Part shown: positions 30,206-40,203 of the stretch, piece by piece
Numbering within the stretch: the stretch's first letter is position 1
How the letters are laid out: each line of letters opens with the position of its first letter
Assembly: GCA_965216875.1 (NCBI GenBank)
Contig: OZ244207.1
Coordinates: forward strand, 3,648,001-3,712,000
Length of the DNA stretch: 64,000 bases
Source of the DNA: Rubripirellula sp.
Lineage (GTDB): Bacteria; Planctomycetota; Planctomycetia; Pirellulales; Pirellulaceae
Direction: 5' to 3'
The notes under the pieces: model-generated
The model's input: the letters and a program-made list of their open reading frames with translations, nothing else
Database searches by the model: none
What the model was told of the DNA's origin: nothing
Program-made: the position numbers and the translations under genes

Positions 30206-31231
30206 GTGCCGCATGCTCAACTTGGGCCGATCGCTGTGCATCTCCCCGCACAGGTCGAGACCAATCAGATGTTACGGGAGCAGTTTCCCCGCTGGGACGT
30301 CGACCTTATCGAGGAAAAGACGGGAATTCGTCAGCGGCACATCGCGGCCGAAGGGGAAACCGCAAGCGATCTCGCCGTCGCGGCATCGGAAAAGTTGTTT
30401 GCCGAACACGACATCGATCGATCGACCATCGATTTTGTGTTGCTCTGCACACAAACCCCCGACTACCCACTGCCAACGACAAGCTGCCTGATCCAGGACC
30501 GCTTGGGCCTCAAGACGGGCTGTGGAGCACTCGACTTTAACCTCGGCTGCAGTGGTTACGTTTATGGCTTGGCACTGGCCGACGGGTTGATCCAGAGTGG
30601 CGCAGCAAGCCGGATCCTGCTGCTAACCGCCGAGACCTACACCAAATACATCGACTCGGACGACCGCTCGCTGCGAACCATTTTTGGTGACGGAGCGGCT
30701 GCCACACTGGTCACCGCCGCCGAAAAACCGTCGCTTTGGGGTTTCCAATTCGGCAGTGATGGCAGCGGCGGCGACATGCTGCTGGTTGGCGAAGGAGGCG
30801 GCCGCCGAGAGGAAGATGCGATTCGTCCGCGTCACCGCAAGCGATGGAAAAGCCGGCTCTACATGGACGGGCCAAGCCTGATCAATTTCACCGTCGAGGC
30901 GATTCCACGTCTGATCGACGAGATTTTGGAGGCCAACTCGCTCTCGGATAGTGACATTGGTCACTACCTGATGCACCAGGCAACCTGGAAAATGCTTGAC
31001 CAGCTTGCCAGTCGGATGGGCGTGGACCAATCGCGCGTGCCGATCGACTTGGCCGATGTCGGCAATACCGTTTCCTGTACACTACCGATCCTGATTTCGA
31101 ATATGCGAAATCGTCGCGATCTTGCCCCAGAATCAGTTAATATGCTGGTTGGATTCGGAGTCGGATTATCGTGGGCGGGCTGTTTGTGGCGCGACGACTA
31201 TTTCAACGGCGGCGATGACTCAGCAGCTTAA
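30206..31231 (+). CDS. fabH: 3-oxoacyl-ACP synthase III family protein (FabH-like)
   Basis: Cys-His-Asn triad in DFNLGCSGYVYGL, MHQA and VGNT, plus TIFGDGAAA and GFGVGLSW. Confidence 0.88.
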   Translation: MPHAQLGPIAVHLPAQVETNQMLREQFPRWDVDLIEEKTGIRQRHIAAEGETASDLAVAASEKLFAEHDIDRSTIDFVLLCTQTPDYPLPTTSCLIQDRLGLKTGCGALDFNLGCSGYVYGLALADGLIQSGAASRILLLTAETYTKYIDSDDRSLRTIFGDGAAATLVTAAEKPSLWGFQFGSDGSGGDMLLVGEGGGRREEDAIRPRHRKRWKSRLYMDGPSLINFTVEAIPRLIDEILEANSLSDSDIGHYLMHQATWKMLDQLASRMGVDQSRVPIDLADVGNTVSCTLPILISNMRNRRDLAPESVNMLVGFGVGLSWAGCLWRDDYFNGGDDSAA

Positions 31232-31260
31232 GTCTTATTTCAACTAGGGGGGAGCCAATC

Positions 31261-31935
31261 ATGACGAAGAATTTGTCGGGGCGACTTCTCATCGCGTCTC
31301 CCTACCTGACCGATGGCAACTTCATGCGGTCAGTGGTCTTCATCATCCGACATGATGTGGAAGGTGCGTTCGGACTCTCGATCAATCGCCCCACCGGTCG
31401 ACGCTTTCGTGAATTGGTCGACACGAGCGACCTGAGTGGGAAACTCCGCGAAGACGATTTCATCTTTCTCGGTGGACCTGTCGATGGCCCCCTGCTTGCC
31501 CTTCATGATCTGGCCGGCGTCGGGGAACCATGCAGTCCCTTTGATCCCTACGCCGATGAACTGCTGGCTCCCGGCGAAACGACTGCCAAGGGTTCCAAGC
31601 ACACGTTGCACGATCACCCGGCCGAACCTTGGGGATCGATGTCGATCGAACTTGGAAACCCGCCCGCATGGATCACCGGCGACGACGATCACTTGAGAAT
31701 CTTGTTGCGACGACCTGACGCACGCGTTCGGTACGTTGCCGATTACAGTGGATGGGGCCCAGGGCAGCTCGATGAAGAGCTTCGTGTCGGCGGCTGGCTT
31801 GTTGGCGATGCCGATCCCGAGATCCTGTTCGGTGACCCCGACGAGATTTGGGAAATGGCAGTCAAACAATGTGGGCACGACATCCTCCACGAACTTGCAC
31901 CAGGCGTTCAGTTTGGAGACCCCAACCTGAACTAA
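31261..31935 (+). CDS. YqgE/AlgH family protein
   Basis: GRLLIASPYL.DGNF.RSVV, GAFGLSINRP, FLGGPV and YSGWGPGQLDEEL..GGW. Confidence 0.88.
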   Translation: MTKNLSGRLLIASPYLTDGNFMRSVVFIIRHDVEGAFGLSINRPTGRRFRELVDTSDLSGKLREDDFIFLGGPVDGPLLALHDLAGVGEPCSPFDPYADELLAPGETTAKGSKHTLHDHPAEPWGSMSIELGNPPAWITGDDDHLRILLRRPDARVRYVADYSGWGPGQLDEELRVGGWLVGDADPEILFGDPDEIWEMAVKQCGHDILHELAPGVQFGDPNLN

Positions 31936-32042
31936 CGTTGCAAGTTCGAACAACATCTTCGAGCACCGATTGGGGACCGGTGCCGAAAAAGGCGGACACG
32001 GTTTCTGGGGTTTCTGAGTTCCATCACAGTTTTTGACAGTCC

Positions 32043-32882
32043 ATGCGACGCTTTGTTATCGGTGACATCCATGGTTGTTCCAAAGCGCTTCGCGCTTTGG
32101 TCGAAGCCATCGACCCGACTGCCGAAGATGAACTTGTCTTTTTGGGCGACTACATCGACCGTGGACCTGACAGTCGTGATGTGATCGATCAACTGATCGC
32201 TCTCCGCGATCGCTGCAATGTGGTCACCCTTCGTGGCAATCACGAAATCATGTTGCTCGGGGTTGCCCTGCACAATCTTGATCCCGATCCATGGTTACGA
32301 AGCGGAGGGCAAGCGACCGTCACAAGCTACGGCGGGTCACTCGACAAAATCCCAGCCGACCACCTCGCCTTCTTCCAAGACCTGCGTCCCTTCTACGAAA
32401 CGTCCGATGCCATCTTTGTGCACGCCGGTTACCAACCCGACGTGCAGATGACGGAGCAAGATGACGCGACCACCTATTGGGGACACCTCCCGATTCCGCC
32501 ACCACCCCCGCACAGCAGCGGCAAACGTGTCTTCGTTGGACACACTCCGCAACCGTCCGGCAACGTGCTTGATGTTGGGCACCTGATTTGTGTCGACACC
32601 TACTGCTTTGGCGGCGGTTTCCTCACCGCTCTCAACCCCGAGTCGTACGAGATCATTCAGGCGAACTGGCACGGACATCTGCGCCGCGCTCCACTGGCCG
32701 GATTGATCGAACGTGTCGGCAAGCTGCGGCAGTTCTTCGCCGCCAAACTCGCTGCAAAGAAACAGACGTCCGGCAAGAAACAATCCCCGCCGTCTGACAT
32801 GAAGGCGACCCAGCCCCAATCGGACCTGTCCGAAGCTGCGCCCGAAGATTCTGAATTGGCCACCGCGAGCCAAAACTCCTAG
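32043..32882 (+). CDS. Calcineurin-like metallophosphoesterase (Ser/Thr protein phosphatase family)
   Basis: GDIHG, GDYIDRGPDS, LRGNHE, FVHAG and VGHTP. Confidence 0.92.
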   Translation: MRRFVIGDIHGCSKALRALVEAIDPTAEDELVFLGDYIDRGPDSRDVIDQLIALRDRCNVVTLRGNHEIMLLGVALHNLDPDPWLRSGGQATVTSYGGSLDKIPADHLAFFQDLRPFYETSDAIFVHAGYQPDVQMTEQDDATTYWGHLPIPPPPPHSSGKRVFVGHTPQPSGNVLDVGHLICVDTYCFGGGFLTALNPESYEIIQANWHGHLRRAPLAGLIERVGKLRQFFAAKLAAKKQTSGKKQSPPSDMKATQPQSDLSEAAPEDSELATASQNS

Positions 32883-33045
32883 TCCGCGCACGCGGCCATC
32901 GCCCCTGCAACCGACAGCGTGGCGAACGCTCGCGGCCCGCCGATGTGAAACTATTCCGGCGGCCCCGGTTTTGTCGTTGATCTTGGTACCAACGGTTCGA
33001 TGAAAGGAGATGCAAGGCGGACATTCAATCGGCGGGAGGCCCGCG

Positions 33046-33246
33046 ATGAGTAAGAAACCAACGACGCCCGAAGAGCTGGTTTGCCAGATGAGCCAGTCGG
33101 AGCTGATCGAACTGCTTGACGAGCTCGGCATGGAAGCATCACCGAGGATGGCCGACGGCATCAAGAATCTGACCCGCGCTCTCGGGTCCCTCGAAAGGGC
33201 AATCGACGCCATGGGCGGCCATCCCATGATGCGAAAAGCTGCCTAG
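33046..33246 (+). CDS. Small hypothetical protein
   Basis: ATG with an upstream GGGAGG RBS and a 66-aa helical product (MSKKPTTPEELV...RKAA). Confidence 0.6.
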   Translation: MSKKPTTPEELVCQMSQSELIELLDELGMEASPRMADGIKNLTRALGSLERAIDAMGGHPMMRKAA

Positions 33247-33303
33247 TCGGCAAAGTCTCACGCTGGAACCGGCGCGCCGGGCTTCTTTCGTACGTGGGTC
33301 TTA

Positions 33304-33417
33304 TGAGCCGAACGCGCTAGCGTCGGGCCTCACACCACTTTGCGACACCTCTTTGCGACGCGTTTTTGCGACGCGTTTTTGCCGGCGAAGGGCCCGACGC
33401 TAGCGCGTACGGCTAAC
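33304..33417. repeat. REP-like inverted pair with internal 13-bp tandem repeats
   Basis: TGAGCCGAACGCGCTAGCGTCGGGCC ... GGCCCGACGCTAGCGCGTACGGCTAA, with TTTGCGAC(A/G)C three times inside. The arm matches the unit at 27528-27553. Confidence 0.8.
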
Positions 33418-33424
33418 GCAGCAA

Positions 33425-33808
33425 TTACCCGGCGGGGCGCCAATCGTAGACGTCGGCCAGGGCACCACAGACCAGGTCGGTCAATTGAGCCAGGCGGATT
33501 GGCTTGCTGAGAACTTGGTAGGCCTTCATGCGTGCCGCTTCGCGACGGATTTCGTCGTCAAGTTGAGCCGACATCAGCACACATGGGGGGCCAGCAATCT
33601 TGGAAACGTGGCGGATGACATCCAACCCGGTGACCCGCGGCATGTGCACATCGACGACAGCGAGATGCACCTCGTAGCGTTCAATCTTCTCGATGGCCTC
33701 TTCACCATCCGACGCTTCGGTAACCCGAAATCCACGGCGCGACAGCCCTTCGCACAACACTGCGCGAAATGCTGAGTCATCGTCGGTGATCAACAGGTTC
33801 GGTGTCAT
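33425..33808 (-). CDS. Single-domain response regulator (receiver)
   Basis: LLITDDD, VVDVHMPRVTG (phospho-acceptor Asp), LMSA and LSKPI. Confidence 0.9.
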   Translation of the reverse strand: MTPNLLITDDDSAFRAVLCEGLSRRGFRVTEASDGEEAIEKIERYEVHLAVVDVHMPRVTGLDVIRHVSKIAGPPCVLMSAQLDDEIRREAARMKAYQVLSKPIRLAQLTDLVCGALADVYDWRPAG

Positions 33809-34061
33809 CGGTACGTCATCCTGGCAGCCACTTTGCCAAAAAACAGTTGCTTCTTGAGAACGATAGCCCGTAAGTACCCCATCGGCTCGGCCAACAAGGC
33901 AGTCAGCAACCGATTATCATTATAGGTGCAATTGCGATGCCGATCGGATGGCAATTTGTTCCCATTTTGCCAGTTGTGACGATGAGCCGAGCGTTCGAGC
34001 GTCGCGATCGCAAGCTTGTCTGACGCCCCAATCTCTTTCTCGCTCTCATATCTGGACGTCG

Positions 34062-35096
34062 ATGAATCAACCCGCTCGCCCCGAAGCTCCTCCTGTTGCC
34101 AAACAGCCGAAAGCTTCGGCCGCCGGTCCGTCAGGTTCCGCAGCCGCCTCCTCGGCTGCCGTCAGCGAACTTGCCAAACGAATCATTGGCAATGTTGAAA
34201 ACGCCATCGTTGGCAAACGCAAACAGTTGGTCCTGTCGCTTGTCACCTGGCTCAGCGGTGGCCACATCCTGCTTGAGGATGTTCCCGGTGTCGCGAAGAC
34301 CATGTTGGCACGTGCGCTGGCCAGAAGTGTTGGTTGTCACTTCAAACGGATTCAATGCACGCCCGACTTGTTGCCAACCGATGTGACGGGCACATCCATC
34401 TTCAACCAGAAGACGACCCAGTTCGAATTCCGAGCTGGCCCCGTTTTCACTCAGATCCTGTTGGCAGACGAAATCAACCGAGCGACCCCGCGAACACAAG
34501 CATCGTTGCTCGAGGCGATGGCGGAAACGCGCGTGACTGTCGACGGAACGACGCACAATCTAGATGCCCCGTTCATCGTGATCGCCACTCAAAACCCAGT
34601 CGATCATGAAGGAACATTCCCGCTTCCCGAAGCACAGCTCGACCGTTTCATGATGCGTTTCTCGCTCGGCTATCCGTCGATGGAAGAGGAAATGCGGATG
34701 CTCGACCTGCTGCAACACAAACACCCCGTCGATCAATTGCAAAGCGTCGCCGAGGCCGAAGAAGTTGTCCAGGCGCAAGCAGCCGTTCGAAATGTTCATG
34801 TCGACCCACGAGTACGCAGTTACTTGCTGCAAATCGTTTCCGAGACCCGCAAGCACGATGACCTCGCTCTAGGCGGCAGTCCTCGTGCCTCGATTGCACT
34901 GTTTCGTTGTTCGCAAGCGATGGCGGCCATCCGTGGTCGAGCCTTCGTGTTGCCTGACGATGTCAAAAAGATCGTCGCACCGGTGATGAACCACCGCTTG
35001 ATCGTCAAACCGGAAAGCCGCCTTCGTAAGGTTGCAGCCGAACATGTGATCGATCAAATCGTCGGTGAGATCGCCGTGCCGACGATCGAAGCCTAG
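34062..35096 (+). CDS. moxR: MoxR family AAA+ ATPase (second copy)
   Basis: EDVPGVAKT, RIQCTPDLLPTDVTG, LADEINRATPRTQ and ATQNPVDHEGTFPLPEAQLDRF. Start set at ATG 34062. Confidence 0.93.
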   Translation: MNQPARPEAPPVAKQPKASAAGPSGSAAASSAAVSELAKRIIGNVENAIVGKRKQLVLSLVTWLSGGHILLEDVPGVAKTMLARALARSVGCHFKRIQCTPDLLPTDVTGTSIFNQKTTQFEFRAGPVFTQILLADEINRATPRTQASLLEAMAETRVTVDGTTHNLDAPFIVIATQNPVDHEGTFPLPEAQLDRFMMRFSLGYPSMEEEMRMLDLLQHKHPVDQLQSVAEAEEVVQAQAAVRNVHVDPRVRSYLLQIVSETRKHDDLALGGSPRASIALFRCSQAMAAIRGRAFVLPDDVKKIVAPVMNHRLIVKPESRLRKVAAEHVIDQIVGEIAVPTIEA

Positions 35097-35149
35097 CCCC
35101 AAAAACGTCTTTTCGATTTCTGTTCGTTGGACCCGACATTGCTTGTCTG

Positions 35150-36583
35150 ATGGCGCGACGCGGTTCCCCAGTCGATGCAACGACCACCCAAGACGACGCG
35201 TTGCTTGGAGTCAATCCCGCTGCGCTTCAGCGTGTCAAACAGAAGGCCGATGCCGAAGCGGCGAGCACACCCCGCTTGTCCGTGATGGCTGGCATCAGTG
35301 CATTGCTACTGCTGGGCATGCTCTTCGGCGCATCCCTTTGGGTGCTTGCTGCCTTTGTTGCCGCGATGCTGCTGGGCGTGAATTGGTACCTTGCAAAAAC
35401 CTGGGCCAACTGCACCATCGCAACCCGACTTGGCGGCGACGAAGAGCTCAAGATTGGATCGCTGGTTCGTGTCGAAATCAAACTGACCAACACCAGTAAG
35501 ATTCCGGTGTTGTGGTTGCTGGCCGAAGACCTCGTGCCACGTTGGGCAACGACTAGTGACCCACCGACGCTCAAACTTCAGGGCGCGCGCCTCCGCGTCA
35601 TGCTGCTGTGGGGACACGAAACAAAGAAAGTGATCTACGAGGTCAAATGTCATCGCCGCGGGTACCTACAAATCGGCCCCACGGTTCTGGAAACTGGCGA
35701 CATGATGGGACTCTATCGCCGTTACCGGGTTGGCACCGAACCTCAATACATCACTGTGCTGCCTGAAGTCATGCCGCTAACCGGTTACGAAATCGGTTCG
35801 CGGCGCCCGATCGGCGAAATCCGCATGCGCGAAAATGTGATGGATGACCCGACTCGTTTGCGCGGCATCCGTCAGTGGCAACCAGGCGACCCGATGCGCA
35901 GCGTGCATTGGGCGGCAACCGCGCGCACCGGCACGCTGCACAGCAAGGTTTACGAGCCGAGTTCGATTGTGGGCGCGACGCTGGTCCTCGACTTGCACGA
36001 AGCGACCAACCCAAAATCGAATGAACCGATTCGCGGCGATCTTGCAGCCACCGCCGCGGCATCGATCGCAGCCTCGTTGCACGATTCCAATGAACCGATC
36101 GGGCTGCTCACGAATGGGCGCGATGCGGCCGATCGAATTCGCCGTGAAGGTTGGGTGGGTGACCACCGGGTGCGTGGCGAGGCCAAGAAAGCAGCCGCGA
36201 TGTTGACCGAAAGTGATCGCCTGCGTCCCGTCGTGCTGCCTGCGCTGCGTGGCCCAATTCATTTGAAAGAAATCACGCGCACGCTCGCGCGTCTCGAGCG
36301 CACGGACGGACTGACGTTGCCGCAACTGTTGGTCGAAGCCGAGGGACAAGTATCGAACGAGACGACGCTGCTGGTGATCCTGCAGACATGCACGCCCGAA
36401 TCGGCCGCAGCTTTGATCGGGCTTGCCCGGCGTGGTTGGGCCGTTGCCGTGATCATCAACACTCACGATATCAACGACTATAGCGAATCGGCTGGACCGT
36501 TGATTGCCAATCGAATCCCAACCTTCCACCTGTCGGGCAAAGACGCGATCGCCGACGTCTGCAGGCAAACGCTGCTTCGCTAG
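35150..36583 (+). CDS. DUF58 domain membrane protein
   Basis: Two N-terminal TM helices, RRGYLQIGP and GIRQWQPGDPMRSVHWAATARTGTLHSKVYE. Start uncertain. Confidence 0.88.
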   Translation: MARRGSPVDATTTQDDALLGVNPAALQRVKQKADAEAASTPRLSVMAGISALLLLGMLFGASLWVLAAFVAAMLLGVNWYLAKTWANCTIATRLGGDEELKIGSLVRVEIKLTNTSKIPVLWLLAEDLVPRWATTSDPPTLKLQGARLRVMLLWGHETKKVIYEVKCHRRGYLQIGPTVLETGDMMGLYRRYRVGTEPQYITVLPEVMPLTGYEIGSRRPIGEIRMRENVMDDPTRLRGIRQWQPGDPMRSVHWAATARTGTLHSKVYEPSSIVGATLVLDLHEATNPKSNEPIRGDLAATAAASIAASLHDSNEPIGLLTNGRDAADRIRREGWVGDHRVRGEAKKAAAMLTESDRLRPVVLPALRGPIHLKEITRTLARLERTDGLTLPQLLVEAEGQVSNETTLLVILQTCTPESAAALIGLARRGWAVAVIINTHDINDYSESAGPLIANRIPTFHLSGKDAIADVCRQTLLR

Positions 36584-36592
36584 AAGCCTACC

Positions 36593-37261
36593 TCACTCGT
36601 CGCCCCAGCGCGTCATGAGGTCATTGTCGACCTCAAGTTGGTCGAGAATCCGCGACACAACAAAGTCGACCATGTCATCCAAACAGGTGACGTCGTGATA
36701 CCATCCCGGCATCGCCGGTAACATCACCGCCCCGGCAGCCGAAAGGCGATGCATGTTCTCAAGTTGGATCGTGCTCAAGGGTGTCTCTCGCGGAACCAAA
36801 ACCAACTTGCGTCGTTCTTTCAAATGCACTTCGGCGGCTCGTTGAATCAGGTTCGAGCCGGCCGCGCGCGAGATTCCGCTCAAGGTGCTACCGCTGCAGG
36901 GACAAATGACCATTGCGCCGGTACGGAACGAACCGCTCGCAATCGGCGTCATGTAGTCTTGATAGAAATGGTAGTGCAGTCTCGCATCAAACGACTCGCA
37001 CGCCGAATCTGCTAAGCGTTTGCGTGATGGCGAGGACCAATCGGGCACGTATCCGATCAACTCGGCCAGGTTTGGTTTTTTGAGATCAACCTCGAGCCCC
37101 ATTTCTTGGCCGATGACAGCCACACCACTCGGACTGATCGTCAAATGAATCTCACGTGGCTGGTGACAGAGCACTTGCAGCAAGCGAACCGCGTACATCG
37201 CACCACTTGCACCTGTGATTGCGACCACCAAGGGCAATTCTATTTGGTTCGGCTCGGCCAC
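36593..37261 (-). CDS. ubiX: Flavin prenyltransferase UbiX
   Basis: VVAITGASGA, IASGSF, PCSGSTL, KERRKLVLVPRETP and PAMPGWY. Start set at GTG 37261. Confidence 0.92.
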   Translation of the reverse strand: MAEPNQIELPLVVAITGASGAMYAVRLLQVLCHQPREIHLTISPSGVAVIGQEMGLEVDLKKPNLAELIGYVPDWSSPSRKRLADSACESFDARLHYHFYQDYMTPIASGSFRTGAMVICPCSGSTLSGISRAAGSNLIQRAAEVHLKERRKLVLVPRETPLSTIQLENMHRLSAAGAVMLPAMPGWYHDVTCLDDMVDFVVSRILDQLEVDNDLMTRWGDE

Positions 37262-37268
37262 GATGAAT

Positions 37269-38033
37269 TCAACTCTCGGGAGATGCGACTGGCTTCGTTC
37301 CTTCGTAAATCGTTGCAACGCCGCACGTCAACGACGTGAACTTGACATCGGTCAATCCGGCGGCCGTCATACGATCGGCCAAAGCTTGGCCATCGGGGAA
37401 TTGCCCGACCGACTCAGGCAAATACTTGTAGGCTGATTTGTCGTTACGCGCCATCCATTGTCCGATCTTGGGAAGGATGTGCGAGAAGTAGAAACCATAC
37501 GCTTGCCGCAAACCGATGATCCGCGGCCGCGAAAACTCAAGCACCATCACTTGGCCGCCCGGACGACAGACGCGCGTCATCTCTCGCAGCCCCAAGTCGG
37601 TGTCAGCGACATTACGAAGACCAAACGCCACCGAGACGACTTGAAACTTGTCATCGCTGAAGGGCAGTGCTTGTGAGTCGGCTTCAAGGAAGTCGATATT
37701 CCGATCTTGGAAAGCCGATGTCTTTCGTTTGTCGCGAGCGATCTCCAACATCGCATGGCAAAAGTCACTGCCAACGACGTCGACCGAATCGGGACTTTTC
37801 TTGGCAACTGCAAGGGCAAGATCGCCGGTCCCCGTACAGGTGTCCAAGACGGGATGCCCTGGCTCGATTTTCATTCTTCGAACGGCACGCCAACGCCAAT
37901 AGCGATCGACGTTCAGCGATAACAGATGATTCATCAAGTCGTAGCGAGGTGCGATTTGACGAAACATCTCCTGGACGCGAGAGTTGCTTTTGTCAACTTG
38001 GGTCGCGGGAGCCGCTTCGGTGGCCGTCTGCAT
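37269..38033 (-). CDS. ubiE: Demethylmenaquinone methyltransferase UbiE/MenG
   Basis: [35 protein letters not shown] and AYKYLPESV. Start set at ATG 38033. Confidence 0.93.
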   Translation of the reverse strand: MQTATEAAPATQVDKSNSRVQEMFRQIAPRYDLMNHLLSLNVDRYWRWRAVRRMKIEPGHPVLDTCTGTGDLALAVAKKSPDSVDVVGSDFCHAMLEIARDKRKTSAFQDRNIDFLEADSQALPFSDDKFQVVSVAFGLRNVADTDLGLREMTRVCRPGGQVMVLEFSRPRIIGLRQAYGFYFSHILPKIGQWMARNDKSAYKYLPESVGQFPDGQALADRMTAAGLTDVKFTSLTCGVATIYEGTKPVASPES

Positions 38034-38191
38034 TGAGAAATCGTATCGAGGAAACGGATTGGAAAGTCGTCGGTTGTGCCACGCAGATTGTATTCGCCCG
38101 CCAACCGACCTTAAAAGGACAGGCAATTCGAAGTCGCCACCGTCCGAGGGCGGGTGAAGACGTTTCGCCGACGAGGTGTACAATTCCCGCC

Positions 38192-38878
38192 ATGAGGATC
38201 CTGCTTTTCGATATCGATGGAACGCTCCTGTGGACCGGTGGAGGGGGCAAAACCGCGCTGCAAAAGGCGTTGGAGCGAGAATTTGACCTCGTCGAGGCTT
38301 GCACCGATGTCTCGTTCTCGGGCCGAACCGACCACGCCCTGTTCGGGGAACTTCTCGATCGGAATGGAATTCCCCGCACACCACAGAATCGCCAGCGACT
38401 CACCAACGCCTACCTACAACGGCTTCCCGCCGTTTTGGACGACGCCGACGGCCGCCTTCTGCCTGGGGTCGGCGAACTGATTGCACGACTACGTAACGTC
38501 CAGGGCGTGTTCCTCTACGCAATGACCGGCAACCTGCACGCCTCGGCAACACACAAACTTGACCATTTCGGTTTGCTTCAGCCGATGGATGGGATTTTTG
38601 GTGGTGACCATGACTCATGCCGCGACGATCTTGCTCGCCGCTCGATGTCTCAGCTACGCGAGACTCACGGCAATGCGATCGAGGGCCAAGTCGTTGTGAT
38701 CGGCGACACGCCCGCCGATATCAAGTGCGCCCATGCGATTGGCGCCGACGCGTTGGCGGTCTGCACTGGCTATTTCGATCGCAACCAGCTTGCCGAACTC
38801 GAGCCGATGTACCTGTTCGATGACCTTTCGGATGTCGAAACGATCGTGAACCTCCTTGTCGGTGACTTGGTGAAATGA
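38192..38878 (+). CDS. HAD-superfamily hydrolase
   Basis: [12 protein letters not shown] (DxD), MTGN and [12 protein letters not shown]. Confidence 0.9.
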   Translation: MRILLFDIDGTLLWTGGGGKTALQKALEREFDLVEACTDVSFSGRTDHALFGELLDRNGIPRTPQNRQRLTNAYLQRLPAVLDDADGRLLPGVGELIARLRNVQGVFLYAMTGNLHASATHKLDHFGLLQPMDGIFGGDHDSCRDDLARRSMSQLRETHGNAIEGQVVVIGDTPADIKCAHAIGADALAVCTGYFDRNQLAELEPMYLFDDLSDVETIVNLLVGDLVK

Positions 38879-40050
38879 TCTTGCACATCGACATGGACGC
38901 GTTCTACGCAGCGATCGAACAACGCGACCGTCCCGAATTGCGAGGCAAACCGGTGGTGGTTGGCGGCGGGTCCGGACGCGGTGTCGTCGCAGCCGCAAGT
39001 TACGAGGCGCGACGTTTTGGAATCCACAGCGCCATGCCAGGCCGCCGAGCGAAAGAGCTTTGTCCCGATGCGGTCTTCCTGCGTGGCAACATGAGTCACT
39101 ATGCAGATGTTGGGCGAAGCGTCCGCGAGATCTTTCATCGCTACACACCACTCGTCCAACCCCTCTCGCTCGACGAAGCTTTCTTGGATGTCGCCGGCAG
39201 TCGACGCTTACACGGTGACGCCGCCTCGATTGGCCGAACCATCAAAGAAGCCATTCGCAATGAGCTCGACCTCACCGCCAGCGTCGGCGTCGCTCCGCTC
39301 AAGTTTGTCGCAAAGATCGCAAGCGACTTGAACAAACCGGACGGGTTTGTCGAAGTATCCAGCGACGGAGTGATCGACTTTCTCGATCCACTTCCCGTGT
39401 CACGTTTGTGGGGCGTGGGACGCGTCGGACAAGAAAAACTGAAAACACTCGGCCTCCACCGAATCGGCGACCTCCGCACATTCGACCCTGAGTTGCTGAA
39501 GCACAAGTTTGGCAGTTGGGGCCAACATCTTTGGCGGTTGGCCAACGGAATCGACAATCGAAAAGTCGTTCCCGATCGCAACGCAAAACAAATCAGTCAC
39601 GAGCGAACGTTCGGCGATGACCTCGCGGACGAAGACGCACTGCGCGGCGTCGTGAGTTACTTATGCGAACAGGTGGCACGTCGCCTCAGGCGGCATCACC
39701 GAATGGCGCGCACCATCTCGATCAAATACCGCCGTGAAGACTTTCGCACGTTCGCCCGATCACACACGCTCGGCGAACCCACCGACTGCACCAATGTGAT
39801 CTTCGAAAATGCGTCAACGCTGCTCGCCACGATGAGGTCACGTCAGCCTCGCCCCGTACGATTGATCGGCGTCGGTGTTGGCTCGTTGACCAACAAACAC
39901 GCACCGAAACAACTCTCCTTGTTTGACTTGCGCGAAGGCGAGACGAGCCAAAAAAAGGTGGATGAAGTGGTCGATCAGCTCGCCGACCAACTGGGCGACA
40001 AGGCGGTCTATCGCGGCACCAGTCATAGCTGGATCCGCCGCAAGTCGTAG
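38875..40050 (+). CDS. dinB: DNA polymerase IV
   Basis: [49 protein letters not shown] and LWGVG. Confidence 0.95.
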   Translation: MILHIDMDAFYAAIEQRDRPELRGKPVVVGGGSGRGVVAAASYEARRFGIHSAMPGRRAKELCPDAVFLRGNMSHYADVGRSVREIFHRYTPLVQPLSLDEAFLDVAGSRRLHGDAASIGRTIKEAIRNELDLTASVGVAPLKFVAKIASDLNKPDGFVEVSSDGVIDFLDPLPVSRLWGVGRVGQEKLKTLGLHRIGDLRTFDPELLKHKFGSWGQHLWRLANGIDNRKVVPDRNAKQISHERTFGDDLADEDALRGVVSYLCEQVARRLRRHHRMARTISIKYRREDFRTFARSHTLGEPTDCTNVIFENASTLLATMRSRQPRPVRLIGVGVGSLTNKHAPKQLSLFDLREGETSQKKVDEVVDQLADQLGDKAVYRGTSHSWIRRKS

Positions 40051-40058
40051 CGACACGT

Positions 40059-40122
40059 GTTCGTAGTCCCGCCTTTAGGCGGAAAGAGGCGGAAGAATCC
40101 GGCTGAAGCCGGTACTACGAAC
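40059..40122. repeat. REP-like doublet (GTAGTCCC/GGTACTAC family)
   Basis: GTTCGTAGTCCCGCCTTTAGGCGG ... CCGGCTGAAGCCGGTACTACGAAC, with relatives at 1402-1464 and 63429-63450. Confidence 0.8.
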
Positions 40123-40142
40123 GGACGATCGAGGGCAGCTAC

Positions 40143-40173
40143 AAAAAACGAGCCCGGCAGTTTACCGGGCTCG
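40143..40173 (-). terminator. Rho-independent terminator after the beta-propeller gene
   Basis: CGAGCCCGG/CCGGGCTCG stem followed by T6 on the minus strand. Confidence 0.75.
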
Positions 40174-40203
40174 CTGAAAATGGATTCGATTCGTTCGCAC
40201 AAA

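Noticed and set aside
37667..38384. Long overlapping N-terminal extensions of the ubiE and HAD ORFs
   Set aside because: Family motifs begin at 38033 (minus) and 38192 (plus), leaving a normal divergent promoter gap.
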